64,000 nucleotides of DNA from Trichodelitschia bisporula (GCA_010356995.1 ML996690.1:141101-205100), one strand, 5' to 3'. Positions 35,396 to 49,363 are shown, numbered from the stretch's first letter. Numbers and translations are program-made. The notes: generated by a model from the sequence alone, not told the origin.

Positions 35396-37631
35396 GGCTG
35401 CCCACGCGGACGGTTTTGCTGCTTAGAAGGGTTGTAAAGACCTGTATGAGGGGGATTGGTGATCGTGGGCGCCGAACAAGGAAGAGTTGAGGATAGTAGA
35501 GAGGTGAGGGGGGGGAGGTTGGTTGGTGGGCTGTTCTTCGCGGGTGACTGGGGGAACAGAGGGAGATTATTGCAGCGCAGACAATCAACGCGGATTTCTG
35601 CGGAGAAAGCAATCGAAGGGACAGCTTAGGATCGAATGGGGAAGGGAGAAATGGACGATGGAATGGGTCCTGAGCTCTTTCATCAGCTAGGAGGAGAGGT
35701 GGTGGTGATAGTGCATTGGACGCTGGTGCACTGGTGCCGCTTTGGTCGGAGGAGCAACCTTGCGTCTCCGCACCACACAGCAGCCCTCCACTTCCTCTCG
35801 GCGGCCTCCCTTGTAACGCTGCGATACCTCAACCAGCCTGTCCAGCTTGTGCTACAGGTCCCTCATCGTCACAAGTACACTGCATTGGTTCGTGTCTCAC
35901 ATTCATCCGTACCTTCATCGGCACACTCAATTTTGTCTTTTGCTGTCTCTGCCTCTCTTTTTGTCGCCATGTATCAGGCGCGACCCGCAGCGTCTTGGAC
36001 GCTTGACTCTTGAGACTTGCCTCGCAGCAGATGCCAGCCGGCCGGCAGTCTCATTGTCAGCAGCTTTTCATTGGCGCCAGCAACGACACGTCTACGCTTC
36101 CTATGAAGGAGATATCACTCCCGTCGTCATGCAGCAGTCACCATTCTCTCATCCCATCGGAATACACGGAAGACTCGAGAGATGAGCCGTCCTCCCCCGT
36201 CAGCCGCATCTTCCGTGACGGTCTGACGATAATGGGAATATCGAGCGCCGTGTAGCACTCAGCTCATTTCAGCATCTATCGCCTTCTTCCGTTCCAGCCG
36301 TTTATAGAGACGCCTTGTTGAGGCATTTGTTCTCTGCATCCGAGTCAAAGCAAGTACTTGATACATATCAAGATCAACAAAGGCATCGAAACAGGCAGCG
36401 AGCTACTACTGTCAGAATCCGAATCATTGGCTCCATTTGCTTGGCCCAACCCGTATTGGGTAATCGGCGAGCTTTCCGGCTTGCCTACTTTGTTGGCCTC
36501 ATATTTCGACAACGTGCTTTGTAGACCGAGCTCAGAATCGCCCTCCCGTCGACAGTCAGGCAAAAACGGCGACCGCTTCTTGACGCTCAACTTCAGCCGC
36601 ATCGCCGTCAAGTCACCGACCTCCAAGCATCGTGAGAACTCAGATGGGTCGGGCCATGCCGGGGCACCATGTGAATGCTAAGCTCGCGCAGCGTTCCCAG
36701 TCACAACGACCGAAGCGTCGTCGGCCTTCGATGTGTCATCATTTCGTTAGCAACCAAATGAGTCGTCCAGAGTCTCCTAACGACCACTCGATGGCATGAC
36801 TTGATGCTCTCGACGTCCAGAACTCATTTACCAGGGCTCGGTCCCAGATGCGATCGCAGCGAAGGGAGCAGTTCGAGACGGTAGGTCGTCCGCTCCGCTC
36901 CGTATTTGGTAGCATCAGGCACAAAAATGTCATTTCTGCGGTCCAGTGCCAGAAGATATTCCAGTCCATCAAGAAGGTAAAGGCTCGCCACTACCCTCTA
37001 ACATATTCCCATGCACATCGTCTGCCTGCGATACAGGATGCGACGTAGCATCGCTATCAGCTCCTAGTCTTTCTCGCCTTAGAAAATTGCGGCACGGGTC
37101 CACGTGCAACTCTCGACCAGCACGTCGATGAAGGCCCTTGTGATTATCCTATCACATTTTCATTCCATCTGTTGACGCAAAAGTCATAATTCTTTCCTTC
37201 CTTCATGCGCATCGAGCCTCATGCAAGGCTTCTTCTCCGCACTCATATCACGCATATCCGATCATCCTTGAAACGGGAGTCGATTGCGGGCCATACTGTA
37301 TCTGGCCATCTTATTAAGCCTAGAATGAGGGCTTCTCTCGATCAGTCTCTCATTCCATCGCCTCCGCGAGCGTCTGCCGTCATCTTGATTGCTGGAGAAA
37401 CGGATTCCATCTCCTTTCGGCTGCGAGCGAACTTCCCATTCCATTCAGAAGCAAAAGCTCAATGCTCAAAGAGTCCATCCCAGCCTGATCACTCATCATC
37501 CCTGCCCAAACGGTTGGCCATAACCAGCATTCCACGACCAAAAAAAGCCATCGGTTGTCAACTTGAAAGGCAGATGCTGATCAACACCGACGGCATCTTC
37601 AGCTCAGGATGGGGCAAAAAGAAGATACGCA

Positions 37632-37727
37632 TGCGTCGGCCGGGAATCGAACCCGGGGCCCGTCGAATCATAACTGAATTGCTTCAGATCATGGCAACGA
37701 CGGATTTTACCACTAAACCACCAACGC
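37632..37727 (-). tRNA. tRNA-Gly(GCC) with 25-nt intron
   Basis: Minus strand reads GCGTTGG TGGTTTAGTGGTAAAATC CGTCG TT GCC A [intron] T CGACG GGCC CCGGGTTCGATTCCCGG CCGACGC A. Acceptor, anticodon and T stems pair, A/B boxes are present, and a T5 Pol III terminator follows. Confidence 0.96.
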
Positions 37728-38113
37728 TTCTTGGTGCTGAGATTCGTTCCTAAAACGTATATGTGTACCAAAAACGGCAATGGGACCCATTGCGCCTGGA
37801 ACCGGCTTCTTGAATGTCGAAGAGTCGAACACAAGGTGGCTGACTTTTAGACTTAAATGCATATTGCGCTGAATTAGAAGGATCATGTCTACTACGTAAG
37901 GCTCGATCCAACATCTGACCGCATCTTACCATATCCTGAGCCGGCTGACATCTCATCAGCGAAAACCCTCATTAGACTCCCAACTCATTCTTCTGTACCC
38001 TCCAAAACCGAAGCCCAACTCCGCATCTACACCGTCCAAAACCGTGCCAGGCACGCCGAACCATGCCAATCAACGCCGTCCAGATCCCATTCCCATTCCC
38101 ATCCATCAGCCCC

Positions 38114-39623
38114 CTACCACTCCTTCATAACCCCCCCCGTCCCCACCGGCGCCGCACCCCCCACAATATCCTTCTCACTCCCCCGTCTCTCCTCCCCCCC
38201 CCTCCTCCCCAGCACCCAATCAAGCAAACTCCTCTTCCCCGCGCCCTCCAACACCGTATTCACACTCCGCGCATCCGGACTCCCCTCCTCCACCACCCCC
38301 TCCGTCAACTCAAAGCTCTGCCTCCGCATGATAGCCAGCGGCTTCGCAGCAGGCTCCGGGGTCGGCGTCGGCGCCGGCGCGGGAGCGTTGTACACTGGCA
38401 GCCCGGCGGGGACTTTGCTGTGCCGCTTGCTGTGCCGCTTACTGCTCGACGTAGTCGACAAGCCGGTGGTGCTGAGGCTGCCGTGCACCTTGCTGGTCAA
38501 GCGCTCGATGGGCCGGAACAGCGGGCGGATGTACACGAGCAGGAAGGGGCGCAGGCCAGGCACACACGCCGTGATCTCCACCATCAGTCAAGCACCATCA
38601 ATCAGCAGGGCGTACATACCACAGCGAGATCGATCTCAACCACCCCTGCAATCCACAGCGGATACGAGTACCACGTCTCGTCATAGCTCGCCATCATGCT
38701 CTTCCACACGTAGAAGCTGCGCACGATCCCCGCGATCGTGACGATGAAGCCTAGGCTGAGCAGGAAGGCGACGCCGAGGCGATGCTTGAGGGGCATGCGC
38801 AGTTGCATGATGATGGGGATGGGGAGGGTTGTGGTGAGCAGGTCGCAGATGCAGTTTACGATGCCGGCGCCGAGGGTGGTTTTGCCGTCGTCGAGGCAGT
38901 GGCCGTGGGCGGGAAAGTCCCAGTATGCGGAGATAGGGCTGGGGATTGGGGGTTTAGCTGGGCCCTCGCTTTCTGTCTGACCTTGCTGGTGATGATGGGG
39001 ATAGGGATAGGGATAGGGATAGGGGGCAACGCAACGTACCGGCAGGGAAACAGACACAGCGCGACAAACACAATCCCCGTCACGACGTTAAACACCGTCG
39101 CCGCATGCAGCACATTGCGGAAGTGCTTAAGGCTCGTCTCGCCGATGAGGCGGTAGTAGAAGGAGAGCAGGCTCTGGCGCGTGAACACAGCGGCGAGTGT
39201 GAAGAGTGTCTTCGCTGCCATGGCCGTCTTGCCCAGCTGCGGGATCTGGGAGGGTGGCACGTCGTAGATATGCTTGTTCCTGAGACATCAGTGATGCTCA
39301 GCCTCAAGGGGGTGTCCCGCACCAGTTGTACTTCGTGTGCGAGAGGATGACGAGCGCGGCGAGCGCGACGGTGAAGATCTGTCTGTCAGTAAGGCTGCCC
39401 GTTATGGAAGGCTTCGACATACCGTCGCTGGAATAATCCAGATGTCATCCCACCCCAAGCGGCGATTGATCGCTAGACGCGTATACAGCCTTACGCCCAC
39501 GACGCTGATCACAATTCCCATGAACACGCCATGCGTAATCGTAAGCGCATCGCCGCGCGTCACCGGGTTGTCATAGTTCGGCGGCGGGAAGGAGAGGAAC
39601 ACCTCGAGGGGGACTTCACGCAT
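38114..39623 (-). CDS. PTH11-like (fungal rhodopsin-domain) integral membrane protein without CFEM
   Basis: FPPPNYDNPVTRG, VRLYTR.....LGWDD, SLLSFYYRL, C.P...YW, DLLTTTLPIP...L.MP...R..V..L..LG......GIVR and EIDLAVITAC.P.LRP; multiple introns. Confidence 0.88.
38997..39025. repeat. (GGGATA)n microsatellite in intron of the PTH11-like gene
   Basis: GGGGATAGGGATAGGGATAGGGATAGGGG. Confidence 0.8.
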
Positions 39624-41478
39624 CGTGAAGATCTCTGCGTGAGAAAAGCTAGAAGAGGGATTAATAGGGCATATGAATACCGGACACAGCTCCTCGGAAA
39701 TCGGAAGGCCGTTAAAGATACGCGCAAGGCAAAGAACAACAGAGAACAACGCCCGCACGCACCATCTGGGGGAAGCATTATGTACATAAACGATCTTCCT
39801 CCCCCCGGCCTCACCCACAACACGCTTCCAAACCCGCAGATCCATGCCCAAACCCATACCCTCCTACGCATTACCGTAGTAAACCTGCCTGCCTGCTTCC
39901 CTCCCACCGCGCACCCTGATTCGCCCTCCCCAAACCCTCATCGCCCAGCTCGTCAGCGCCCTCCAATCGGCGTCTGTCCTAAAGAGATCTGCATCCCAAA
40001 GCGGCCCGCAGAGAACTAGGATCGGACAGGCTGGGCGGGACTGCTCGGCGCCACGCGAACGGATGGGGAGTCTGGCGCGGCGCGATTGGCGCGCGATCGG
40101 GGCGCGGCGCTGCTGAGATCTGAGGTCCGGGCGGAGGGTGGGGGGGGGGTGCATTTGTGGACTTGTGTGGGTGACGTAGGAAGGCTCTGGTGAATGAGTG
40201 GGCTGGGGGTGAGGTGCTTGTGATATCTGAGGTGTGGGAAGATGTACGGTAGGAGAGTAGAGTTAGATTGGACGAATTGGGAGGAGGAGAGCGTTGTGTC
40301 GTTCTCCGTCCTAGTGGGCCTTGGGCTGTCTTGGGGTGTCTGGCGATGTTTCTGAATATGCGAGTGAGAGCCGTCGTCTAGCCTGCGCAGCGGATGCATG
40401 TCTGATCTGGCAACGCACCTCGTACGGTAGATTACCCAACCCCATCATCCTCAGCCAGGCATCGCGCTTCGACGGGAGATCACCGTAAGCGCAAGGCTGC
40501 CCACGCCCTCCCCACCCCTCCAAACTTCACCCTGCTGACCGCCCAACCAACTAACCGACCATGTAACCGATCGTGCATACCGGCAACGCACCAACCTCCC
40601 CACTCCCCGGAACTCGGTCATCTACGCAGTAGATTTTTTTTTCCCCATCCCCAACTCCGAGATCGACACTGCACCTCTATTTACCCGCGAATAGCGGACC
40701 ACTCTCCGCGCGCGCGCCAGCCCCATCGCCAGTGGCGCATATGGTGGCGCTTACGCTCGATGCTCCAGCGCGGCCGGACCAGATCCCCGGACATTAAATC
40801 GCGCCCCGCTGGGCTACGAGTAACGCTGGGCAGGCCGTCAGGCTGTGGCGGACTGGCACCGAGTTGAGGCGCTGCGAACGACCGATAAGGTCTGAACTCG
40901 TAGGTGGAAGGAAGAATGATGGCTTAGGAACAGATGAGATACTTCGTATGCAACGAAAGGCTGAGGCTTCGATGCTAATTTTTGGAAATGATGATGATGT
41001 TGTGATACAAGGCGTCGACACGCCTGGGGAATTATTGTACGACTCCAGTCAGCGGGAGGCATTCCCTGGTTGGGGGCCGCCAATCGACGTAACCCCAACA
41101 GTAGCACGAAGAATAATCCGCACGGGAGCGCACGTTATGGATTTGGCAGGAGTGCGAGGATTCAGGAGACATCACGGTACATAAGATTACGGTACGGTTG
41201 GATCCGACATCCCGGAATTTAGGCAGGCTACCAGTCACCGCAATCCATTTCCCTCGTTCCTGACAGACATGAACAGCAGGCCAATCGCATTTAATATGCA
41301 GTGAGACTAATCACCACATTGAATGCTGACACGGCTGACCACTATCAGCCCCCACGTTCTCGGCCAGCCTCATGGCAGCGCATATCAGATCCCATCCCGC
41401 TGTCCACCATGTGGTATCACGCCTCATCATTATCCACCAGGTCTAGACTGTTCTGACCACGCCTCGCCGTTCACCTTA

Positions 41479-42665
41479 TCAAAGAGATCCCATACTCGAT
41501 CTCAAACTCGACCGCAAACTCGACCGCAAGCTCCCCAGCGACTTCGTCCGTCCCTGACTCCCAAACTTCGGCCTCTTCGCCGCCTTCCCATTAACCGCCT
41601 TCGTGGCCACACTCGCCTTGCCCTCCTCCCCAACCGTCGAAAACGGATCCAGTACATACTTCTCCTCCGTCTCAGTCTTATTCTGCGCCTCAGTAGGCAA
41701 CTCCTCCTCCCAACCTCTCACCACTTTCATCCTGGGCGGGGCATGATGTCTCTCGGGCTTGTAATCAGCCAGCAACTCGAACGTGCGATGCGGAATGCGG
41801 AGAACGGGCTCAATCGTTTTCCACTGTTCCCGTTAGCACCGTTCACTACTGCTCCCATTGGGAGATTCTAGGGCTCTCTTCGTCCCTAAACCTTCCAGAG
41901 AAAACTCACCTCGCCCCCGCACGGGAGTACAACATCCACTCCTTTCCCAATACTCCAAAGCCTCCGCGGCCAATCATACCACCCCACATCCGCAACCGGC
42001 GGCCCAGGCGGCCAGAGCACGTCCATCGACCCTCCACCTTCCACCTCGGTCGCAAAGTACATGGGAATAGGCATACACATTCCCCGCGCCGCACTTACCT
42101 CCTCACCCTCTTCCTCCCGCAACCACATCTCCGGCTCCATATCCCCTGCTACACCCACGAGACTGGTGAGTATGTGCCCGTGGAGTGTAAGGCATTTCCC
42201 TTTGCTGGGCCGGAGAGTGTCGGTGGTTGTGGAGAGCGTAGACGGGGTTCGTGCTGGGCTTGGTGGCGCGCTGGCGCTGGGTGTATCGGTGCCGCGGGCC
42301 CGCGAGATGGTGACGCGTTTGATGAGAAGGAGTGACCATGGCTCGGTCCTCGCTGCCTCGAGACGGAGGGATTGGGGCGCGGAGGCGAGGGTGCTGAATG
42401 AGACGGGGGGGGTGCGGAGGAGGGCCAGGGTATTTGGCGCTGGAGTGCTGGTGCGGGTGTGCCATTCTAGCGGTTCGCCCTTGGACGTGAGGGGTGTGTC
42501 TTCAAAGGAGAAAGGGGGTTCTTCGGGGACAGTGAGGGCAGGCGGGGGGAGGAGGGGGGGTGTTGGCGTGCGGCTCGAGGGGGTGAGATGGATTTGTGGT
42601 ATTTGCATTGGGGAAGAGGTCATTATGCTCGTAGGTGATGCCATCGTGGCGTTGGGGGTTTGCAT
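41479..42665 (-). CDS. Hypothetical two-exon protein (Pro/Thr/Ser-rich N-terminus)
   Basis: The ORF from ATG 42665 splices through a canonical intron 41824-41909 (GTGAGT...GCTAAC...CAG) in frame into ORF 41479-41775. No family recognised. Confidence 0.65.
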
Positions 42666-42692
42666 GGTTGAGGTTGAGGTTGAGGTTGAGGT
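42666..42692. repeat. (GGTTGA)n microsatellite
   Basis: About 4.5 copies immediately upstream of the ATG at 42665. Confidence 0.75.
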
Positions 42693-43745
42693 TTTCACTT
42701 TGATTTTGGTCGAGGTTGTGGTTGTGAGGTGGTGATGGCGGTAGTGACGCGCGGGTCAACGCGCGGGAGGACGTGGACTTCGCCATGGCCAAGCTGCACC
42801 GAGTGAGTATGCTGTCTCGGTGAAGTTGGGATGGCAGTGAAATGTAGGACGAAAGTGTGTGTGTATGGTGCTGGGTGAAGTCGCAGTCCGGTAGGCCTTG
42901 GGAGGAAAGGCTGAGCAAGGCAAAGGCGGTTTGGGAGGGCTTGCCCGGCCCGAACGACGGAAGGTTCCCCACCTACACTACGGTAAAAACATCATCCCGA
43001 GAGTATAGGCAGCATCCATGAGCGGCTAAAGAGCTCCCGTGCTGATGCAGTGCCGTTCCCCATCGCGAAACTTGTTTCAAGTCAATGGGCGTCGAGCTGC
43101 AGGACATGAAACGACAGCTCAACTACCGCTGGCCCAAGGCCTCCCACCGAAATTCTGACGTGAGCTAGAAGCTTTCCCCTTTCGACTGATATGTGCCGCG
43201 TCGGCTAAGACGCTTGCATAATTCGCTATACCTGGCATTAGCACCACTGTTCAGGATAGTCACGGAGCCATACCTTTCGGTCTGGTGTTTCAAGACTGTT
43301 CGGTTGAGTGGAAGAGAGAAGAGGAGAGAGAGGAAAGGACAACCTACGTCCAACTCCCAGACTTCTGCCCTACACGGCAAGGAAAGAGCTCCCGCGACGA
43401 CCCAGCACCCAGGACGGAGCTCCACCCCTGGTTCAGCATACGTAGTAGGTCTAGTAAGGGTTCCAGGCCTGATTCCGTGATACGGATGAGTTTCCGCAGC
43501 TCGTGTAGCCGAAGCAGCAAAGCCGACCCCCTCAATACCATGGCCAATCCAGGCTCATCCCGGGCTCGTCGCCCTAGCGCAGAACATCACGACAGTCACA
43601 CCACCACCCTAATGCATCATAGCCCAGATCCTCTATCATATTACTCCTAGCGTCATCAGGCGGGCCGTATCGCATAGAGCTCAGTACCCAATACTACCAG
43701 CACAGAAATTCCACAAGAAATTCCCCTATGCAGACACCGCATCAA

Positions 43746-45680
43746 TCACACCCCTTCGCTAAGACCAAGATCCGGACGCGCAGGCACAATGCGCAGCGTG
43801 TTAGTATGACCCATGCCACCACGCCAGCCCTGCACGCAGACCACGGGGTCGCCGGCCTGGAGCACCGACAGCTTGATCGCGTTAACAATGCCCCACCGCA
43901 GACGCCGGTCGACGTCCTCCTGCCACGACTCCTCGTTGAAGTTGGGCTTCGCCTCGGGGAACAGGAACGGGTACACGCCGCGATAGAGATGGGAGTACTA
44001 CGACGTCAGCATTGGAATGGTGATGTTGGGGTTAACGTACCCGAGCGGCGCGCGCGTTGCGCGTCACCATGATGATGGGGCACACGGGGCGGTACTTGGA
44101 TAGGAGACGAGCCGTCCGGCCACTGTGCATGTGTTAGCAAGCCGCGAACTTCCAACTCTGGAACCAACTTACCTAGTGGTCAAGACAACGATGGCGCCGG
44201 CGTTCTGCTCGAGGGACGCACTTACGGCAGCCATGGCGCAGGTCTCCGAAGTAGGAACCGGCACGGGCTGCAGGCGGCGCAGCTCGTCGAAGTGCGTGAC
44301 GTACGGGATAGCGACCTCGGCAAGCAGACAGGTCTCGTGCATCATGGTCACAGCCTCGATAGGGTAGTTGCCCTTGGCCGTCTCACCCGAAAGCATGACG
44401 CAGTCGGCACCGTCGAGCACAGCGTTTCCAACATCGCTGACTTCGGCGCGGGTCGGGCGCGGGTTGTAGGTCATCGACTCCAGCATCTGAGTAGCGCAGA
44501 TTGCAGGCTTGCCAGCGAGATTACACTTGGTAATCATCATCTTCTGCGCGATGAACACCTGGGCAGGGGGGATTTCGATGCCGAGATCGCCACGGGCAAC
44601 CATGACACCGTCCGTCTCCTTCAGGATCTCGTCAAAGTTGTTCACGCCCTGTTGGTTCTCGATCTTGGCAATGATCTGGATGTCCTTGCCGTCCTCGCCG
44701 AGCACCTCGCGGATCGCCAGAATGTCGCTGCCCTGGCGGATGAAGGATGCAAAGACCATGTCGACGCCGTTCTTGACGCCAAAGCGCAGATCAGCCTTGT
44801 CCTTCTCCGAAAGCGGAGGCAGATCGACGTCCGTCTTGGGCAGGTTGACGCCCTTGCGTGACGAGATCTTGCCGTTGTTCAAGCACTTGACGCGGATAGT
44901 CTGGTCGTCGACTACGTCGAGGACCTCAAACGACAGAACGCCGTCGTCGACGTAGATGATCCGGCCCTTGGTAATCACCTTGGTGATGTTCTTGTAGTCC
45001 ACGTACCTGGAGAATTAGCGCTGTTCTATCCCTGTTCATAGTTCATGGCTCACATGTTGTGGTTGTCACTGGCAGTGGCGTACTTCTCGTCGGTCGTGAT
45101 GTTAATTTCATCACCGGCGCTGATCGGAATGTCTTCATCGCCAACAGTGTTACCCGTGCGAATCTCCGGTCCTTTCTGCGTATTGTGAGCTACATCCTCT
45201 GCTGGAATGGAAGCCACCGACCGTATCCAGCGCAATGGCAAGCGGACGGCCGGGCTGCTGCCGCTCGGCCTCCTTTGCATTATCAATGACCGACTGGTGG
45301 TACTGCGCCTGTTAGCAATCACCGGCAGCTGCAAAAGATGACCTACCTCGTAAGAACCGTGCGAGAAGTTCATCCGCACAACATTGAGACCAGCTGCAGC
45401 ACTTAGTACCCCGCTTGTAAGATTACAACAGCAACATACCGGTGCGAAGAGCATTGATGCGCTCAACGGAGTTCGTCTTCGGCCCTGCACAACACTGTGA
45501 TTAGAATGATGCTTACAATGGGAGCAAACTGTACTCCGAAGGCTCAAGCACCGACTCACCGATCGTGCAGATGATGGAGGTCCGACGGAAGTTGCGGGGC
45601 GGCCGGTACTCAGTGTTGAGTTGCGAAAGCCACTCGGTACGGGTGCGACCGGCATTCAGATGGGCGAGAGCGTTGGCCAT
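43746..45680 (-). CDS. pkiA: Pyruvate kinase, multi-exon
   Basis: [88 protein letters not shown]; many short introns. Confidence 0.97.
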
Positions 45681-47590
45681 GTTGATGAGGTTTCGTGAAG
45701 ATGAACCTTATCGGACGTGTAGTGGGGAGCGGGGAAGAAAGATCTTAAATGGAGGTCGGTGGGTGGTGCAGAGCAACAGAAGCAAAGCTGATGCCAAGGA
45801 CCCGTGCAGATATGGAAAGCTGTGAATTGTTGAGGGTCCGCAGGGGGTGAACTAGAGGCCCGCTGCTTGGTGAGGTGTCTTACAAAGTGTATGGTCGGAG
45901 GCCGGAGGGGTGCGCCAGAGTAGGAAGCTGTTGTGGAGCGGGGTCGAGATTTTGGAGCCGTGCGGGATGAGGGATGTGGTGCTTCATTTCTTCTTCAGTT
46001 TTTCTGCTGTGACGTTCCTTCTGTTTTTGTTCTCTTTTTTTAACCCAAGGCTGATGACGCCGCGTGAGATGCAGATCTCTCATTACCTATCGTAGACAAA
46101 GGCGCGATTTGCGATTGCAGCTTCAAATAGCGCCCCCACCACCACCACCAGCGTCACAGCACAGCTCATCCCATCCTCAAATCTTTTGGCATGCGCGAGC
46201 TCGGACCAGCCATCCTTGCCCCGCTAACGCTTGGGCCCCACCTCTTTCACCCCACTTTGGCCGTCGATGGACTGCGCACGGACCCGGTAAGCTTTTGCTG
46301 GTCGTTTTGCGAGTTGCTCGAGGCGTCGGAGCGGATAATCGTATATCCGTGCTTGCGTCACGGGACGCGGGATGTGAGTCGCTTTGTGTGTCAGCAAATG
46401 CGGGTCTTCCCTCGGCCTGACCGCCTCAGACAACAACTTACCTTACCGCCTGCCCTGCCACCTGATATTCCTCCCTCTTCACGTGTTGCCTCTGGAGCCT
46501 GGGGTGAAGACCATCGCGCCACTGTAGACTTTCCACCTTTTCTTCATCTGTCCCAGCTCTTGCATCCTCATCCTCCTCAGCCTTCACCGCCCCACCCCCA
46601 TCCGCAACCATGGTTGTGAGTGCGCCTGCGGCCTCTCGTCCGGGGATCGACTGACCGAGGGATAGTTTGGCCGGTTAACCCACTACGCCTTCGACGCAGT
46701 GTTGAGTAAGTTTCGTTGCCTTGCGTGATACTGTCAGTGCTGACACTGTCCAGTCTCCGCCTTCCTCGCCGGAGTGAAGCGCTCCACCGGCCTGACGTAT
46801 GCATCCCGCGTCTTGCCCATCCCCGCGAAAGCGCAGCAGCAGCTAACAATCCCCACTCTCGTGGGACCTTAGCCCCAGCCTTAAATCAGAGAATGTCTCG
46901 GAATCGAAAGAAATCCGCAAGTGGCTTGACAACTACCTCTGGGTTGGCGAGGTGGTGATGGACCAGAGCGTCGCGCTCATGAGCGGCAGCGGCTATTTCG
47001 ACCGGAAACGGGACTGATTTGACGGACATGTGACGAATCATGGCGCTGCGCGGGTTCGCGGGCGATGTTTGTGATGAAGAGACGGTTTTGCTTCTGGCAG
47101 CTGGCGTTTGGGCGGTGACACCCCTTATATCGCAGAGGCTCGGTGGTCTGGGACCGGGCGGGTTGACGACGGAGGTTTGGCGCATTCATCTCATGAAATA
47201 CTCGATTAAAATGCATCAATAAATGGATTTGACAGTCGTGTCGATGGCAATGAAGCTGTGTGAAGTGTCTAATGAAGCCCGTTGAAATGTCCAATATGCT
47301 ACGCGTATTCCGGCGAGCCTTTCCCGCCCTTCTGCACAAGTATTAGCCCATAGCCGAGGTCCGCCAACCCGCATCGACAGCCTAGCTGCACGATATGCTC
47401 TGCGGGACCGACGAATGCGGACCGACGAATGTTCTTTTAGTGGATGGCAGACCCCGCGGCTGCGGCTCTGGCGGAGTGTGCGCACGCTCGCGACCCGTGT
47501 CGGCGCAGGTGCCATGCCATGACATCAACCACCGCTGTTCCCAAAAAAAAAAGCCACAACACACACCCCCACACCCCACCACAACCCACC

Positions 47591-48232
47591 ATGGGCGCCG
47601 CGACTTCGAAAACTGCTCGTGCAGCCACAGCTACGGCGCGTAAATACCCCGCCGCTGCTTCGCCGACTACCCGCGCCGCTGCACCGCCTGCGAGGCCGCC
47701 GCCAGAGGCCGTGGATACTGTGCCTGCGCCGGCGCGGCAGGCGCCTGCGGTGACGGAGAAAAGTACTGGTAAGCTTGCGGTAGGAGATTGAGGGATGAGG
47801 CTAATGGATGGGACAGTCATCGATCTCGACGGGCGCGAACCCGCCTACGCCGATAAACTGCGCCGCCTCGGCCCCGTGCAAACTCCCTCAATGCAGTCCC
47901 ACAGCTCCCTCCACCCCTCCGATCCCCGCAGCCAAGACGTGATGTCCGACGCCGAGTTCTTCCCCGACCGCGAGGGTGCGGCGTTCCGGTCGAATCCCGC
48001 TGTGATGACGCTGCTGGCTAGACAGGAGCTGCAACGGAGGGCGGATGAGGAGATGGAGAATGTGGGGCGGAAGGGGTTTAAGGGACGGACGTTTCTGGAT
48101 GCGAAGATGATTAAGGAGGTGTTGGTGCTTAGGATGAAGGGGGTGGAGCCGGGGGAGATTGAGAGGAGGTTGGAGTTGAGGGAGGGGGTTGTGGAGGGGT
48201 TGGGGAGTGGGAGGGTTGTTGAGCCGGTTTAG
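47591..48232 (+). CDS. Conserved fungal protein with C-terminal helix-turn-helix-like segment
   Basis: MGAATSK.AR....ARKYP (possible myristoylation or mitochondrial targeting), intron 47769-47816, then IDLDGREP....LR.LGPV, NP....L.AR and FLD...I..VL.LR..G....EIE..L.L..G.V..LG. Confidence 0.75.
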
Positions 48233-49363
48233 AGGGAGGTAGACCGGTCATGATATCTCAAGCTTCTGTTCGACTCTGAGGTTTGTCCGCTCCATGTTCG
48301 CGGGCTTTCATGCTGATGTGTAGAGTTACCGTATAGCAGTTCTCGTGAAGCGTCGAAGCTCCTGTCTACTAGATTCGTTCGACAAAGGCGCCATGACATA
48401 CTCTCGCTACTGACACCTATCCGGCTTGAGAACGGAACAAGTGTGCTATCTATGGAGCCAGCAAAACACTGCTCTACGAATCCAAGTGGACGCCGGGACA
48501 CGACAGGCCTCAAACGGTGACTGCGAGGCACCCATTATGTCACGTCTGCCGCGCTCTCTCTGGTGAATGGCAGGGTTTTGAATGTGTGCCAATCCAATAT
48601 CATCGGAGCCATTGGCGACACTCTTACCTCTTCAACAACGAACGGTATTAATGGCAGGATTCAGCTTGTTGAGTACAACCTACGAAGCCAGTTGGCAAAG
48701 TGAACATGAAAACACCGAGATTTCAAGAGTGGCCAAGTACATCAAAGATGCCGAATAGCGCAGCTTCCGAATCCGGGGGCGACTGGAAGCTAAAGTAATC
48801 AAGCATCACCAGGCATTACCGTTTAAGTGCTTCCCATATCAGCACTAACCCAATTTATTCCACAGCCGCCGATCTTGCCTACCAGTGATGAAAAGCTAGC
48901 GCCACAGTAGTGGGGAAATGCGTTCATTGCCGCCGCTGTCAAAGGTGACGATCCGGCTGTACCCTGAGTGACAAGGATCCATCGCCCCCGTGGTTGTTTC
49001 CCACAGCGATACGCCCCACCAAAGCGATGCCGTATCCCTTCTAGCAAGCCGTGAATCGACCCTATAAACCGGCTCCAACAACACTCGCACAACGTGAAAG
49101 AACGAGTGAATGACAACAATCCCCCTCCCTTCCCCCGCCCTACCGTTTGTGCCACCCGCTTGGCACGGCAAGGGTTAGACAAGCCGCAGCATCGTGAATT
49201 CCACCCCTCCGACGTCATCGTACCCTAGCAAGCGCGTTCTGCGCGAACCCGCCTCCTAATAACCTGTTCTTCACCACCCTACAGTATACCCACTTGCATT
49301 CAACCCCTTATCTGCGAAAATCATCCTGCACGTCTCAGAACGATCGTCACATCAACCGCAATA

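Noticed and set aside
37205..37753. 182-aa ORF across the tRNA
   Set aside because: It runs antisense through tRNA-Gly, with no protein motifs or gene-like codon bias.
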